From positions 1 to 62,462 of the IMG/VR virus record IMGVR_UViG_3300032235_001256: a stretch of DNA of 62,462 nucleotides. One strand, given 5' to 3'. A model generated the notes under the pieces. It was not told the origin of the DNA. It worked only from the letters and a program-made list of their open reading frames with translations, and ran no database searches. Shown here piece after piece: positions 1 through 10,356 of the stretch; position 1 is the first letter of the stretch, and every line of letters begins with the position of its first letter. Source of the stretch: a virus (taxonomy: Duplodnaviria; Caudoviricetes). Both the position numbers and the translations under genes were made by a program.

Positions 1-1235
1 GTAATTCTGAAATCGTCAATGTAGCCGTTCAAGTATCTCAGCGCACTGCCAGACCGATACAGACCGACGTGGAAGGTTTGTGGAAGAGTTGAGATAACAG
101 ACGTCGCCGCTGACGCAGCAAGTACGCCATTGATAAATAGCCTTACCGTTGTGCCATCCGACGCGACAGCAACGTGCGTCCATGTGTTCAGTGACACCAG
201 TCCTGCCGACGAGGCCGCAACCCAGACCGGCGTAGCCGATCCACCAAATCCGGCCGCAGTCATGCCTCCGTTTGGAAGCACCGACAGTGCAACTCTGTTC
301 AAGTCCGAGGTGGTCGTGCCGTTGAAGAATATTCCGCTTCCATGTGTTGCAACGCCATATGAGTTAAGATAGAACCAAGTCTCAACGGTATAAGAGTTGC
401 TCAGCCTACATTGGCTGCTGCTTACCCGCAGGGCATCGTCGGTGCCATCAAAATACGCGCTCGACCCGCCGAATCTGTTTTGGGCCGTGCTAATTGCGGG
501 ACTGCCAAGTCTTGTGACGGCGAGGCTGTTTACGCTGCTATCTACAAAACTCGTGCTGCCATTTGTTCCATCCGCCTTCAGTAGTAGTGAGACGCTTGCA
601 AAAGACGGGTCCGTAGCGGCGGCAACCGACAGCGTAACTGTAGCTGCGGCAGAATCCGCCGTGCCATCATTAACCTTGAAAGTAAAGCTGTCTGAGCCGG
701 AATAGCCGCTGCTGGGAGTGTACGTCAGGTTCGGGGCCGTACCCGTCAGTGAGCCATTGACAGGATTCGTTACAACCGTGTACGTCAGTGCGCTGCCTTC
801 GACATCGCTGCCAGCTAGAGTTATCGCAGTTGCGGTGTTATGGTTCACCGATACGCTCTGGGCAGTGGCCGCAGGCGTGTCATTGACGGCAGTCACTGTT
901 ATTGAAACAGTGGCCACGGCCGAGTCTGCTGTGCCATCATTAGCCTTGAACGTAAAACTGTCCGAGCCGTTATAGTTCGCGCTGGGCGTATATGTCAGAT
1001 TTGGAGCCTCGCCACTTAGGGTACCATTGCTCGGGCCGTCAACCACCGCGTAGGTTAGTAGATCGCCATTGGCATCGCTGGCAGTGAGTACGATATTAAC
1101 CGCAGTATCCTCGGGCGTTGAAATGCTCTGACCCGCAGCCACAGGGGCCGCAGGGCTAGCGCCCGGTCTAACGAGATTCGAGGATTGAGAGACCGCTGAT
1201 ACGGCCGGATTTGATACACCAAAATGACGTGACAT
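1..1235 (-). CDS. Virion surface protein: 2 Ig-like (Big_9/cadherin-like) domains plus a LamG/concanavalin-like domain; truncated by the left edge
   Basis: Missing from the ORF track because it runs off the edge. Manual translation from CAT at 1233-1235 gives MSRHFGVSNPAVSAVSQSSNL..., LTYTP.A.Y.GSDSFTFK.NDG twice, then WTHVAV...LFING...NGYIDDFRIT. Paralogue of 1373-2707. Confidence 0.8.
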   Translation of the reverse strand, partial: MSRHFGVSNPAVSAVSQSSNLVRPGASPAAPVAAGQSISTPEDTAVNIVLTASDANGDLLTYAVVDGPSNGTLSGEAPNLTYTPSANYNGSDSFTFKANDGTADSAVATVSITVTAVNDTPAATAQSVSVNHNTATAITLAGSDVEGSALTYTVVTNPVNGSLTGTAPNLTYTPSSGYSGSDSFTFKVNDGTADSAAATVTLSVAAATDPSFASVSLLLKADGTNGSTSFVDSSVNSLAVTRLGSPAISTAQNRFGGSSAYFDGTDDALRVSSSQCRLSNSYTVETWFYLNSYGVATHGSGIFFNGTTTSDLNRVALSVLPNGGMTAAGFGGSATPVWVAASSAGLVSLNTWTHVAVASDGTTVRLFINGVLAASAATSVISTLPQTFHVGLYRSGSALRYLNGYIDDFRI

Positions 1236-1322
1236 AGACTCTCCGAAGATCACTGGCCTTGCGTAGGTTTTACTTGGCCATAATGCAATATATTTAGTAA
1301 CCGCTGCCCGGGGCGCCGCGCA

Positions 1323-1354
1323 ACAAAGAACCCGCTGCAAAGCGGGTTCTTTGT
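1323..1354. terminator. Bidirectional intrinsic terminator
   Basis: Perfect inverted repeat acaaagaacccgct-gcaa-agcgggttctttgt just downstream of the 1373-2707 stop. Confidence 0.8.
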
Positions 1355-1372
1355 ACCAGGAATTGCCTCCTA

Positions 1373-2707
1373 TCAGCTGCCCGAGGTCGGTAGTGAACCC
1401 GGGGGCGTGAAGTTCGCCGTGTATCGGGCAACACCCTTGGTGATGCGAACATCATCCAAGTAGCCGAATAGCGTACTAGTACCAACCCTGTTTGCGCCGA
1501 CAGCCAGCCCGAGATTTCCGGTCACGTTAGATGTGTCCGTGAAGCTGGTAAAGGGATACGTACCTGGGTTTACTCCATTATTTATGTTCTGCACTACTCC
1601 GTTGACGAAAAGTCTGCATACTCCACTGCTTCTCGTAAAGGCAAGGTGTACCCAGGTGTTTCTGTGTGCCGCCTGCGTCGCTGCAGCGCTCCATATATTG
1701 GCAGAATTGTCACCTTGTAAAGTTACCTGCAGCTTCCGCCCAAAGCCTGAATCTCCGTAGCGAATCTGTACTGTTTTTGCGGTACCCCAGGCTATAGAGG
1801 CAACTATCTGATAACCTGCGCTCTCGCTAGTCAGGTATACCCAGGACTCAAAGGAAAAGTCACCAGTGCCCAGTTGAAAGGCATTATTGGCTGCAACAGT
1901 CAAGTAGTCGCCGGTGCCGTCGAAAAAAGCACTGGATCCGCCGAACTTGCTCTGTGCGGTGCTAATCTTGGTATTGCCAAACCTTGAGATGGCAAAGTTA
2001 TTAGCACTGCTGTCGACAAAGCTTGTGCTATTATTTACACCATCTGCTTTTAATAGTAGCGAAACGCTTGCAAACGACGCATCCACCGCGGCGGCAACCG
2101 ACAGCGTAACCGTAGCTGCGGCAGAATCAACCGTTCCATCATTAACCTTGAAAGTAAAGCTGTCTGAACCGGAATAGCCGCTATTCGGAGTATACGTCAG
2201 ATTCGGCGCCGTACCCGTCAGCGAGCCGTTTGAAGGATTCGTCACAACCGTGTACATCAGCGCATTGCCATCGATATCGCTGCCGGCTAGAGTTATCGCA
2301 GTTGCGGTATTATGGCTCACCGCTACGCTCTGGGCGGTGGCCGCAGGCGTGTCATTGGCGGCAGTTACCGTTATAGAAACGGTGGCCAACTCTGAATCTG
2401 CTGTACCGTCGTTAGCCTTAAACGTAAAGCTGTCCGAGCCGCTATAGTTCGCGCTGGGCGTATACGTCAAGTTCGGGGCGGTGCCCGTCAGCACGCCATT
2501 ACTGGGGCCGTCAACTACCGCATAGCTCAACAAATCGCCATTAGCATCGCTGGCGGTGAGTACGATGTTCGCTGCAGTATCTTCTGAGGTCGAGATGCTC
2601 TGACCCGCAGCGACCGGTGCCACCTGGGGGTCGGCCGGCCTAGCGAGATTCGAGGCCTGAGATATTGCTGCTGCAGCTGGATTTGATATACCAAAATGAC
2701 GTGACAT
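1373..2707 (-). CDS. Virion surface protein: 2 Ig-like domains plus a LamG domain
   Basis: EDT...LTASDANGD...LTYTP...GSDSFTFK.NDG twice; SLLLKADG...FGGSS.FFDG.GD...WVHLA...GYLDDVRITKGVARY (LamG-like). Confidence 0.8.
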   Translation of the reverse strand: MSRHFGISNPAAAAISQASNLARPADPQVAPVAAGQSISTSEDTAANIVLTASDANGDLLSYAVVDGPSNGVLTGTAPNLTYTPSANYSGSDSFTFKANDGTADSELATVSITVTAANDTPAATAQSVAVSHNTATAITLAGSDIDGNALMYTVVTNPSNGSLTGTAPNLTYTPNSGYSGSDSFTFKVNDGTVDSAAATVTLSVAAAVDASFASVSLLLKADGVNNSTSFVDSSANNFAISRFGNTKISTAQSKFGGSSAFFDGTGDYLTVAANNAFQLGTGDFSFESWVYLTSESAGYQIVASIAWGTAKTVQIRYGDSGFGRKLQVTLQGDNSANIWSAAATQAAHRNTWVHLAFTRSSGVCRLFVNGVVQNINNGVNPGTYPFTSFTDTSNVTGNLGLAVGANRVGTSTLFGYLDDVRITKGVARYTANFTPPGSLPTSGS

Positions 2708-2856
2708 GAGCTCTCCGGAGATCGCTAGCCTTGCGTAGGTTTTGCTTGGCCATAATACAATATATTTAGTACCACTGGCCGCCCGGCTAGAGCATCACAG
2801 CTGCGAAACCTATTATTACGGGCGAATGGAGGTAGTGTCAAAAAACCGGGAGCCCC

Positions 2857-4908
2857 ATGAAATTTCCTCTGTTTAAAGTCGCCGGCATACTGAAGGCCTC
2901 AGAAAAAATGGTTAGCACGGTGACGACCGCTCTATCTGATCTGGCAGTCCAGTACTATGGAAACACCGTGCTCGCCCCACGACTCGACGACGCCGAGCTA
3001 ACAATAGCTTCTTTTTACTCAGAGGTAAGCGATGACGCGCCCGGGCTCTTGCCAGATCTATCGAACCTAGGCAAACTCCTTATGAACGAGGTACTGCAAG
3101 ATGCTCCAAAGGCAGACGGCAAAGCACGATGGAAAGAGCTACTGGCGTCCTTAAACGAGAAAAAGCTTGCATTAACGCCAACCGATGAAGAATCTGATTA
3201 CACGTCTCTTCGCGATACGGTCGAGCAGATAACGCTGCTTTCTGGCGCGAAAGCGTCTAAAGGGCTGATGATTCCGACCCCGACAGCCGAAGCCATTGTG
3301 CCAAAAGCGGGTCTCGAAGCCCTAGCCAGCGCATTGAGGCAGATGTCAAAATATCCTATATCTAACATAGACAAAGATCAGAAGGCAAAGAATAAAGCGG
3401 CCCGTGCAGAGCTCCTATCCCAGTTATCCGACTCTTTGCAGGATTCAGTGCAAATAGCATTCAAACCTAATCGTGGGGCGCGCACTCAGCTGCTCAGTGC
3501 CGACGAATACTACTCCAAGCTTCAAGATCTGCATAATCGAACTAAAGCGTCCCTGGCCGCCGCCCTGGATAAAATAGATACGATACGCAGCAACTTTGGC
3601 ATAAGCGCTGGAAAAGGCAGTCAAAAAACCTATGCCAAGAAGCTAAGTGTAGACGAGGCATGCGATGGCAAAGAACTTAATCTAGCAAAAGCCGCAGAGG
3701 TCGAGTCACTGATGGTTGTCGTCGGCGCCTCGGCAAAAACTAATTCCGCTGCGTATGTGCCCATTTCTGCGTCACAGAAGGCTTCATCCGATATACCTAT
3801 CTTTTTTAATGCTAATGTTATTGGAGAACTAGTTCACTCGGCCGTAACCCAACATGCCGTAGCCGATCCGCTAGAGCTAAAAGAAATTATTGCCGAAGGA
3901 TGGCGAGACATAGTCTCCCATGAGCTTGGACATGTAATCCAGGCCATGCATAGCCGTACCTCGGGCGGGGCGAGCCAGATGCGCGGCAAAATGCGTTATG
4001 ATGCTCTTGATGACAGCGGCATACTAAAAAAAGATCTAAGCGAAGTTGTCAAAAACAGAGTGCGTGATCTCGCCGGCAAGACCAAGGCTCTCCAGCCGAC
4101 AGACAAAGACTATCATGCAAAAATAACGGACTTGGATAAAAAGAGACAGGAGCTGAGCGACGCCCCCCCTCTAGTAAAGGAGTTTGAAAAGCTTAGAGCC
4201 TCGTACGAACGAACGGCTGCCAATAAAGACGCATTCCTGCCGCGAATGAATCAGATAGCCGAGCGCCTTGTGCAAATTGGCCTGTTCCCGCATGGAATAG
4301 ATACAGAGGCACTGCGAATAGAGCATGATAGCCAGGATGCAGAATTCTTTACCGAGCTTGGCAACGCAGCCGGCGAGCTTGATCAGTACATGGCCGCTTG
4401 GGTGCCAGATGGCGTCATTAGTGGCATGGTAAAGGTCTTTGCAGGGCAGCTTGAAAAGGCGCAGCTGAAGGCATCCATCTCTGAACTCAAGAGGCAGCTG
4501 AAGGATGCCAGCACGGCAGTTGCCAGTGCAGCCGGAGACGGCAGTACGAAGACTGCGCTGTCAGGCATTGCATTTTTTAAGAATAATAACTATTTTGGAA
4601 GCACTCAAATAGCCGATCATGTCCGTTCGTCCGCAGACTTTATAAATAAAATGACAAAACAGCCTGACGAGACCGGCACTGACCGCGCATTCAGACTCGA
4701 GCAGGAGCAACTGAATATAGCCCTTGATCAGTATGAAGGAGAGCTATCGCAGATACTAGAAGTGGACCATCATAAGTTCTTTGAACATCTTTATTCTAGG
4801 TATAAAAATTACCGCGACGAGGTAGCGCTTGCCAAGTGGCAGCGTGCCGTCTCAGAGCTATATACGCATGCTATCTCCGCTAGAGATGCCAGGTTCAGGG
4901 TCGAGTAG
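2857..4908 (+). CDS. Large helical protein with an HExxH zinc-metallopeptidase motif; FPLFKVA leader
   Basis: IVSHELGHVIQ; GGGAG RBS; otherwise unrecognised. Confidence 0.55.
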   Translation: MKFPLFKVAGILKASEKMVSTVTTALSDLAVQYYGNTVLAPRLDDAELTIASFYSEVSDDAPGLLPDLSNLGKLLMNEVLQDAPKADGKARWKELLASLNEKKLALTPTDEESDYTSLRDTVEQITLLSGAKASKGLMIPTPTAEAIVPKAGLEALASALRQMSKYPISNIDKDQKAKNKAARAELLSQLSDSLQDSVQIAFKPNRGARTQLLSADEYYSKLQDLHNRTKASLAAALDKIDTIRSNFGISAGKGSQKTYAKKLSVDEACDGKELNLAKAAEVESLMVVVGASAKTNSAAYVPISASQKASSDIPIFFNANVIGELVHSAVTQHAVADPLELKEIIAEGWRDIVSHELGHVIQAMHSRTSGGASQMRGKMRYDALDDSGILKKDLSEVVKNRVRDLAGKTKALQPTDKDYHAKITDLDKKRQELSDAPPLVKEFEKLRASYERTAANKDAFLPRMNQIAERLVQIGLFPHGIDTEALRIEHDSQDAEFFTELGNAAGELDQYMAAWVPDGVISGMVKVFAGQLEKAQLKASISELKRQLKDASTAVASAAGDGSTKTALSGIAFFKNNNYFGSTQIADHVRSSADFINKMTKQPDETGTDRAFRLEQEQLNIALDQYEGELSQILEVDHHKFFEHLYSRYKNYRDEVALAKWQRAVSELYTHAISARDARFRVE

Positions 4909-4915
4909 GAGCCGT

Positions 4916-7300
4916 ATGACTTTTTCGCTTTTTAAAACCGCAGAGCTGGGCAGCGCAAAGCGCAACTTCGGCACAGGCACTTATTCCTGGGATGCGATTC
5001 CAGCGATACGCGACGCTGTCTACGGGCAATTCTCGCTCGTAAATACCGAAAACCTACCGTGGCTAACCAATCTGCTCGGCATTGCCGTATTTGACTTGCT
5101 TGAGCGGATAGCCGCACCGCGTCAGTCCAGAGATGAAATTCTCGCCGCAATCCTGATAGATCCCGCATTCTCTGGCAAGGACGCATCATCCCCCGAAGTT
5201 CGCCAGGAGCTAGGCAATCGGATGCGGGCTCAGGCCGGACAAAAAACCGCATCTCCTGCTGAAGTGATAGCTTTTGCAAACTCCGACGCCGGGCGCTCAT
5301 CACTGCAGGCCGCCATGGCATCGGCCGGCCTTCCACTAGAGGAGCTGCACACCTATATAGAATTTGCCGCTGGAAGAAATCCACAGGACTTTTCCGACCA
5401 CATTAGCGCGTCAGCTTTTGCTAGGCGCGTTAACGAGCTGCGCGCAGAGGCAGCCCGGGCACAGCCACAAAGCACCATCGGTACCGCGGAGTCCCGTAAC
5501 GAAATAATGGACTATATTCGGCAGCACCCCAGCCTGGATGGCGGGTTAACGATTGAGGCTTTCGGAGCCACGCATCATACTCAGACCAATGCGGAAGCCG
5601 GCAAGGCGCTGGCCGAGCGCTGTCTTGCTGAACAGAACGAAGGCGGGGGCGTTTGCGTTCACTCCATTCACCTAAACAAAGTGCTAGGTGGCCTTTCACT
5701 GTTCGCTAGCGTAAGAGGACCCAAGCGCGAACATGTGGCCACTATAAAGTTTGAAGACGGACTGGTGTACGAAATAAAAGGCCATAATAACGGACTCGTC
5801 GCCAATCAGCTGCAGGCTTCAGAAGCTAAAAAGCAAACCATGCGGTCGGCGATCAAAAGCTATGTGTCGAAAATGCTGACCGATGGCGTAGTCGATGGAT
5901 TTAGCCCAGCTGGCGAGGCAGACTTTGCAAACTTGTTGCATCCGGAAGAGATAAGTAGCGCCCTCAGCGCCGGCATAGAGGATTATTCCGCCATCCTACC
6001 TAGCCACGAGTTGTCATCCGAACAAATTAGAACTATTTGGGACCGCATAAGCAGTGACAGGTCGCGTGCAAAAGAATTCGCCGCTATGGCCGGCAATAAA
6101 AATACTCCTTCAGAAATTCAGCGCGATCTACTCGCCATCGGAGATAAATCTGTCGACGCTGCCCTCGCACGAAATAAAAATCTAGATCCGGAAGTTCATG
6201 ATCAGCTGTCCATGCACGCTGACAGACTTGTTCGCCATCGCGCCCTGGCTCATCCGCTTGGCAAGAATAAAGAAATCGATCAAGAAGAAATTCTTAAAAT
6301 GTTGGGTAGCCGAGACTCCAAGGTAGTCGCCCGTGCCGCAGCTTCACCGCTTGCTCCGAAAGAAAAACTACTCGAGCTCGGCGCGAATCCGCTTACTGAT
6401 CCTAATATAAAAGCGAATCTCCTCATAAATCCAAACCTTAAGCTAGAGACAAAGCAGGCTATTTTCGACACACTGCATATATCGGCGCAGTTGTCTACCT
6501 TGAACTCTTCGACATATGGCGCAAACTCGGAAGACATAAGGCAACTTAAGTTGCCAAAGAGCGCCAGACCTGATGGGCTTGACGGCAAGCAGCTGATCGA
6601 ATTTACCAAGCATGTGCAGAGCTCCGACGGCCTGAAGCTTGCTCTGGACAGCGTAAATGCTGATGAATTCGTCCTCAGCTACGTGGCCCGCAACAAGGCC
6701 GCAACGCCCGAGATACTAAGTGCTATTCTGGAGGATCCGCGGCGCAAGAGGGATGCCCTCGCCGCCGTGGCCGGCAACGAGGCCGCAACGCCCGAGATAC
6801 TAAGTGCCATTCTGAAGGATACGCGGGCGGACGCCGCCGTTCTCGCCGCCGTGGCCGGCAACAAGGCCGCAACGCCCGAGATATTCTATGCTATTCTGAA
6901 TAATAGGGGTATTCTTTTTGAGGCGCGGCGCAAGAGGGATGCCCTCGCCGCCGTGGCCGGCAACGAGGCCGCAACGCCCGAGATACTAAGTGCTATTCTG
7001 AAGGATACGCGGGCGGACGACGACGTTCTCGCCCGCGTGGCCCGCAACAAGGCCGCAACGCCCGAGATACTAAGTGCCATTCTGAGGGATATACGGGCGG
7101 ACTACTATGCCCTCGCCGCCGTGGCCGTCAGCAAGGCTGCAACGCCCGAGATCCTCCGTGCTGTTGCCGAGCGCACACGCAGCACTGACGTTAAACTTCG
7201 CATACAGAAGCGTCTCGAGGAAATGGGGAAAATGGCGGGCGAGCGTGGCATGTTCCCGCTATTTAAGCGCAGCTCCAGGCAGTTCCGCCTCTTCCGCTAA
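4916..7300 (+). CDS. PcfJ-like domain plus LRV/HEAT-like helical repeat protein
   Basis: Start moved to ATG 4916 ([17 protein letters not shown]). CVH...SVR...HVATI...EIKG.NN resembles PcfJ-like domains; A.N..TP.EIL repeats follow. Confidence 0.6.
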   Translation: MTFSLFKTAELGSAKRNFGTGTYSWDAIPAIRDAVYGQFSLVNTENLPWLTNLLGIAVFDLLERIAAPRQSRDEILAAILIDPAFSGKDASSPEVRQELGNRMRAQAGQKTASPAEVIAFANSDAGRSSLQAAMASAGLPLEELHTYIEFAAGRNPQDFSDHISASAFARRVNELRAEAARAQPQSTIGTAESRNEIMDYIRQHPSLDGGLTIEAFGATHHTQTNAEAGKALAERCLAEQNEGGGVCVHSIHLNKVLGGLSLFASVRGPKREHVATIKFEDGLVYEIKGHNNGLVANQLQASEAKKQTMRSAIKSYVSKMLTDGVVDGFSPAGEADFANLLHPEEISSALSAGIEDYSAILPSHELSSEQIRTIWDRISSDRSRAKEFAAMAGNKNTPSEIQRDLLAIGDKSVDAALARNKNLDPEVHDQLSMHADRLVRHRALAHPLGKNKEIDQEEILKMLGSRDSKVVARAAASPLAPKEKLLELGANPLTDPNIKANLLINPNLKLETKQAIFDTLHISAQLSTLNSSTYGANSEDIRQLKLPKSARPDGLDGKQLIEFTKHVQSSDGLKLALDSVNADEFVLSYVARNKAATPEILSAILEDPRRKRDALAAVAGNEAATPEILSAILKDTRADAAVLAAVAGNKAATPEIFYAILNNRGILFEARRKRDALAAVAGNEAATPEILSAILKDTRADDDVLARVARNKAATPEILSAILRDIRADYYALAAVAVSKAATPEILRAVAERTRSTDVKLRIQKRLEEMGKMAGERGMFPLFKRSSRQFRLFR
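6683..7160 (+). repeat. Six near-identical ~84-bp coding repeats (AVAxNxAATPEIL)
   Basis: gcaacgcccgagat recurs six times with near-identical codons. Confidence 0.9.
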
Positions 7301-7344
7301 CCCGCGCCATACTTGCGCATAGCAGCCAAACTACGGGAATTCGC

Positions 7345-7762
7345 ATGAACTTTCGGCTTTTTAAACGCGCCAGTCCGGCACTAGCCGCCGGAGCCGCGAT
7401 AGTAGCCAGCAGCACCGGCAGAATACTGCTCCAACTGCGCGCACCTCATCTAAGCGCCGGTGGCACATGGAGCCTTGTAGGCGGTGGCGTCGAACCAGGC
7501 GAATCACCCGAACAAGCGCTGTTTCGCGAAATCACAGAAGAAACAGGCGCCGCACTAAGCGGCAAACCCCCAACACCTGTACACAAGTAATAAAAAACAC
7601 CTACAGTACCGCAGTTATCTGCTGCGCATCCCAGAAGAATTCGAACCAGTAAACAGCGAAGAATCTACCGAGCACCGGTGGGTAGATGCAACCGATCTGC
7701 CTCAACCACTGCACCCAGGGATGAAGCCGTTGATGCCAATCCTGCTGCGAGCACTAAAATAA
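7345..7762 (+). pseudogene. Nudix hydrolase split by a +1 frameshift at a C5 run (7567-7571)
   Basis: Nudix box [23 protein letters not shown]. The +1 frame continues [48 protein letters not shown] to TAA at 7760-7762. Confidence 0.8.
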
Positions 7763-7780
7763 ATGCAATTTAACCCGGCG

Positions 7781-7813
7781 GAGGCCCGCAGCCCGCTTGC
7801 GGGCTTCTTGTTG
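7781..7813 (+). terminator. Intrinsic terminator
   Basis: gaggcccgca...tgcgggcttc stem followed by ttgttg, just after the +1-frame Nudix stop. Confidence 0.6.
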
Positions 7814-7903
7814 CGCGCCCGGTAAAATACACCAGACCGCCGGCCATAAAATGTAATTCCATACGAGCTAGGTTGAAAATTTTATTAGCAGTCGAGGTGA
7901 TTT

Positions 7904-8338
7904 ATTTCTAAGTCAAGCAATTCACAGTATCTTTATCGCGAAGTCGTCGTTGATCCCGTTATCCTGTCTACCGTCTATCTCAGGAACGCCACCTATAACA
8001 TCAACGAAGTTGAGTTGATGGAGGAGCTGAAGGAGCTGCAGGATAGACTGATCGCTAAGATCAAAGAGGTCATTGATACGTGTCTAACTGAGCGACAGCG
8101 GGAGGTGATGATACGGACCTTCCTAGAGCAAAGGACGCAGATGGAGGTGGCTGACATGCTAGGGGTATGTCAAACGACTGTACATAAGATTATCTCTGGT
8201 AATATCGACTATTCCAATGGAGGGAGACGTTACGGCGGAGCACTGAAGAAGATAAAGAAGATCTGTGAAACCGACCCGGATGTCACCCAAATCCTCGCTC
8301 GTCTCGAGGAGATAAAGGGACTTCTCAGCGAAACCTGA
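7904..8338 (+). CDS. Sigma-70 region-4-like HTH protein (candidate transcription factor)
   Basis: LTERQREV...RTQMEVADMLGVCQTTVHK. The frame is open from 7901; GAGGTG RBS precedes ATT at 7904 (the ORF track starts at 8015). Confidence 0.7.
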   Translation: MSKSSNSQYLYREVVVDPVILSTVYLRNATYNINEVELMEELKELQDRLIAKIKEVIDTCLTERQREVMIRTFLEQRTQMEVADMLGVCQTTVHKIISGNIDYSNGGRRYGGALKKIKKICETDPDVTQILARLEEIKGLLSET

Positions 8339-8452
8339 CCTTCAACCTCTTCGTCTGGTTATATTTGGCTATCAAATATACACGTACAGACTGGCAGAGC
8401 TCGAGCCGTTCGAGCAAAACTGCTACAGTCCACAGAACGAAGAGGTTGATTT

Positions 8453-10228
8453 ATGATAGGTACAAAGATAGGTCACTTAACTGTCACGGCAGAGCTGCCA
8501 AGGGAAAACTACAAGGCATACTGGGAATGCACGTGCATCTGCGGTGCCAAGCGCCGCCTTCAGCAAAGCGCAATGCTCGCATCGGCCCGTGCAGGCGAAG
8601 ATATGTATTGCTCCTCTACGTGCAAGTCTGTTCAGCAAACCCTTGCCCGTGAAATGGGAAATGTTTACGGAAATATGACAGTCATCGGAGCTGAAGCTTC
8701 CACTGATAACCAGGGTGTGCTGGCAGTGTTGCGCTGTTCATGTGGTGCAATTTCTAAGCGGCGTTTTTCCAGGAAGGCTGATTGGGAGAGCTGCACGTCT
8801 GAGTGTGCGGCAGAAACAAAATACAAAAATCAGATCGGTGCAAGGCATTCCTCTTTGACCATTACTGGTGTTGCTCGTGATCACGAGGGGCAGTGGTGCT
8901 TCCAGGCTGACTGCGATTGCGGTCGGAAGACACTTACTCTGGCTCGCAAGGTTCTTGACGGCTCTACCCATGGCTGTGGTATTTGCCGCCATCAGCGCGT
9001 TGCGTCTCACCCAAAGCAGATAAAATCTGCGCAGGTTATTGCCGAAGCCGAGGATCTGACTGGCCGGGAATACCCAGCATACATGGTAATTGAGCGCACA
9101 AAGCATTTCCGTCGTGCTCGGCCTGCGTGGAATTGTCGCTGCCGATACTGCGATTCTGTTGTCGAGGGTCTGAGGCGCGAGGATATTGAGGCAGTTGAGA
9201 CGAACCCGCTTGTTCCAAGTGGCTGCTCGTCGTGCGCAAAAAAGCGAGCTTTTGTCGGCAAGATTGCAGGTCTTGTTGGTACAACTGTTGCCGGCATGAA
9301 GCTGGTTAGCTTTATCGGGACGGACAGTGGACATTCTGAGTGGAACTGTGAATGCCCTGGCTGTGGTGGGCAATCTCAGCAGCGCATGAACTACCTAAAG
9401 GAGGCAGAGAAAAAAGGTCGAAATGTTTACTGTTCTCTGTCCTGCTACCACCGTTCAACCGCAAGCGTTGATATCGGCAAAACATACGGCTCACTAACGG
9501 TCGAATCGCTCAACAAAGACGCTACTGACGCAAACAAGATCGTAATGGTAAACGCCTGGTGTGTTTGCGGGGATGTTCGGGTCGAGGCTCTTACAAAGCT
9601 GCGCATGAATAAAACTTCTGCCTGCAGTGATCGCTGCTCGGCAATTGCTCGCCGCAAGACTCAGCTTGTTGGAAAGCGCTTTGGCAAAGTGGTTGTCACT
9701 GGGATTGGAGTTGCGGCTCCGGGTGAAAAGTACGAAAATGAGATTGTTGCCCGAGTGGTATGCGACTGCGGCAAGACTCACTCTGCTACTCCGTATAAAC
9801 TAGAGAATGGCCTGGTGACAAGCTGTGGCTGCGCACTCACAGACTATCGTGCAGATTTTAGCGGGGAGAACAACCCGAATTGGCGCGATGGCTCAACCGA
9901 AGAGGTGCAGCGAGCTCGTACTAGCCAGGAGTATTTTGACTGGAGAAATGCAGTATTCGCTCGCGACAGCATGACTTGCCAGTGCTGTGGTCACGTTGGG
10001 CCGACTGGCGGAGCTGGCATGAATGCGCACCACAAGTATAATTTTTCAAAATACAAAGAGCTGCGTTACGATGTTGATAACGGCATTACGATGTGCCGTG
10101 GTTGTCACATTGGGTTTCACACTGACTACGGCAATCAGAATAATACCCCAGAGCAGCTTTCATCTTACCTCGCCAAATACGGAACCTTCCGCCAGAAACG
10201 TGAACTCCTGGCGGAAGGCGGTGCTTGA
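8453..10228 (+). CDS. HNH homing-endonuclease-like protein with seven tandem Cys-rich modules
   Basis: Repeated G..(F/Y)G.LTV...CxCxCG; GENNPNW; C-terminal CQCCG...AHHK...NGITMCRGCH..FH. Confidence 0.8.
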   Translation: MIGTKIGHLTVTAELPRENYKAYWECTCICGAKRRLQQSAMLASARAGEDMYCSSTCKSVQQTLAREMGNVYGNMTVIGAEASTDNQGVLAVLRCSCGAISKRRFSRKADWESCTSECAAETKYKNQIGARHSSLTITGVARDHEGQWCFQADCDCGRKTLTLARKVLDGSTHGCGICRHQRVASHPKQIKSAQVIAEAEDLTGREYPAYMVIERTKHFRRARPAWNCRCRYCDSVVEGLRREDIEAVETNPLVPSGCSSCAKKRAFVGKIAGLVGTTVAGMKLVSFIGTDSGHSEWNCECPGCGGQSQQRMNYLKEAEKKGRNVYCSLSCYHRSTASVDIGKTYGSLTVESLNKDATDANKIVMVNAWCVCGDVRVEALTKLRMNKTSACSDRCSAIARRKTQLVGKRFGKVVVTGIGVAAPGEKYENEIVARVVCDCGKTHSATPYKLENGLVTSCGCALTDYRADFSGENNPNWRDGSTEEVQRARTSQEYFDWRNAVFARDSMTCQCCGHVGPTGGAGMNAHHKYNFSKYKELRYDVDNGITMCRGCHIGFHTDYGNQNNTPEQLSSYLAKYGTFRQKRELLAEGGA

Positions 10229-10250
10229 TCAGATTATTTACTTAAGCAAT

Positions 10251-10284
10251 GAAACCGGGTTGTTGGCGCAACCCGGTTTTTCTT
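10251..10284 (+). terminator. Intrinsic terminator
   Basis: aaaccgggttg-ttggcg-caacccggttt followed by a T tract. Confidence 0.8.
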
Positions 10285-10321
10285 ACAGCCCGTGATCCGG
10301 TGAACGGTTGTCTGCAGACAC

Positions 10322-10354
10322 CAACAAAAAACCCGCTTCGCGGCGGGCCATTTG
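10322..10354 (-). terminator. Minus-strand terminator, copy 1 of a direct repeat
   Basis: caacaaaaaacccgcttcgcggcgggccatttg. Confidence 0.75.
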
Positions 10355-10356
10355 TT

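Noticed and set aside
4829-4915. Upstream extensions of ORF-track starts (also 11118, 19327, 25831, 27255, 55018, 57666)
   Set aside because: They overlap neighbouring genes or regulatory DNA. Downstream ATGs have better RBSs, tighter gene packing or match paralogue N-termini.
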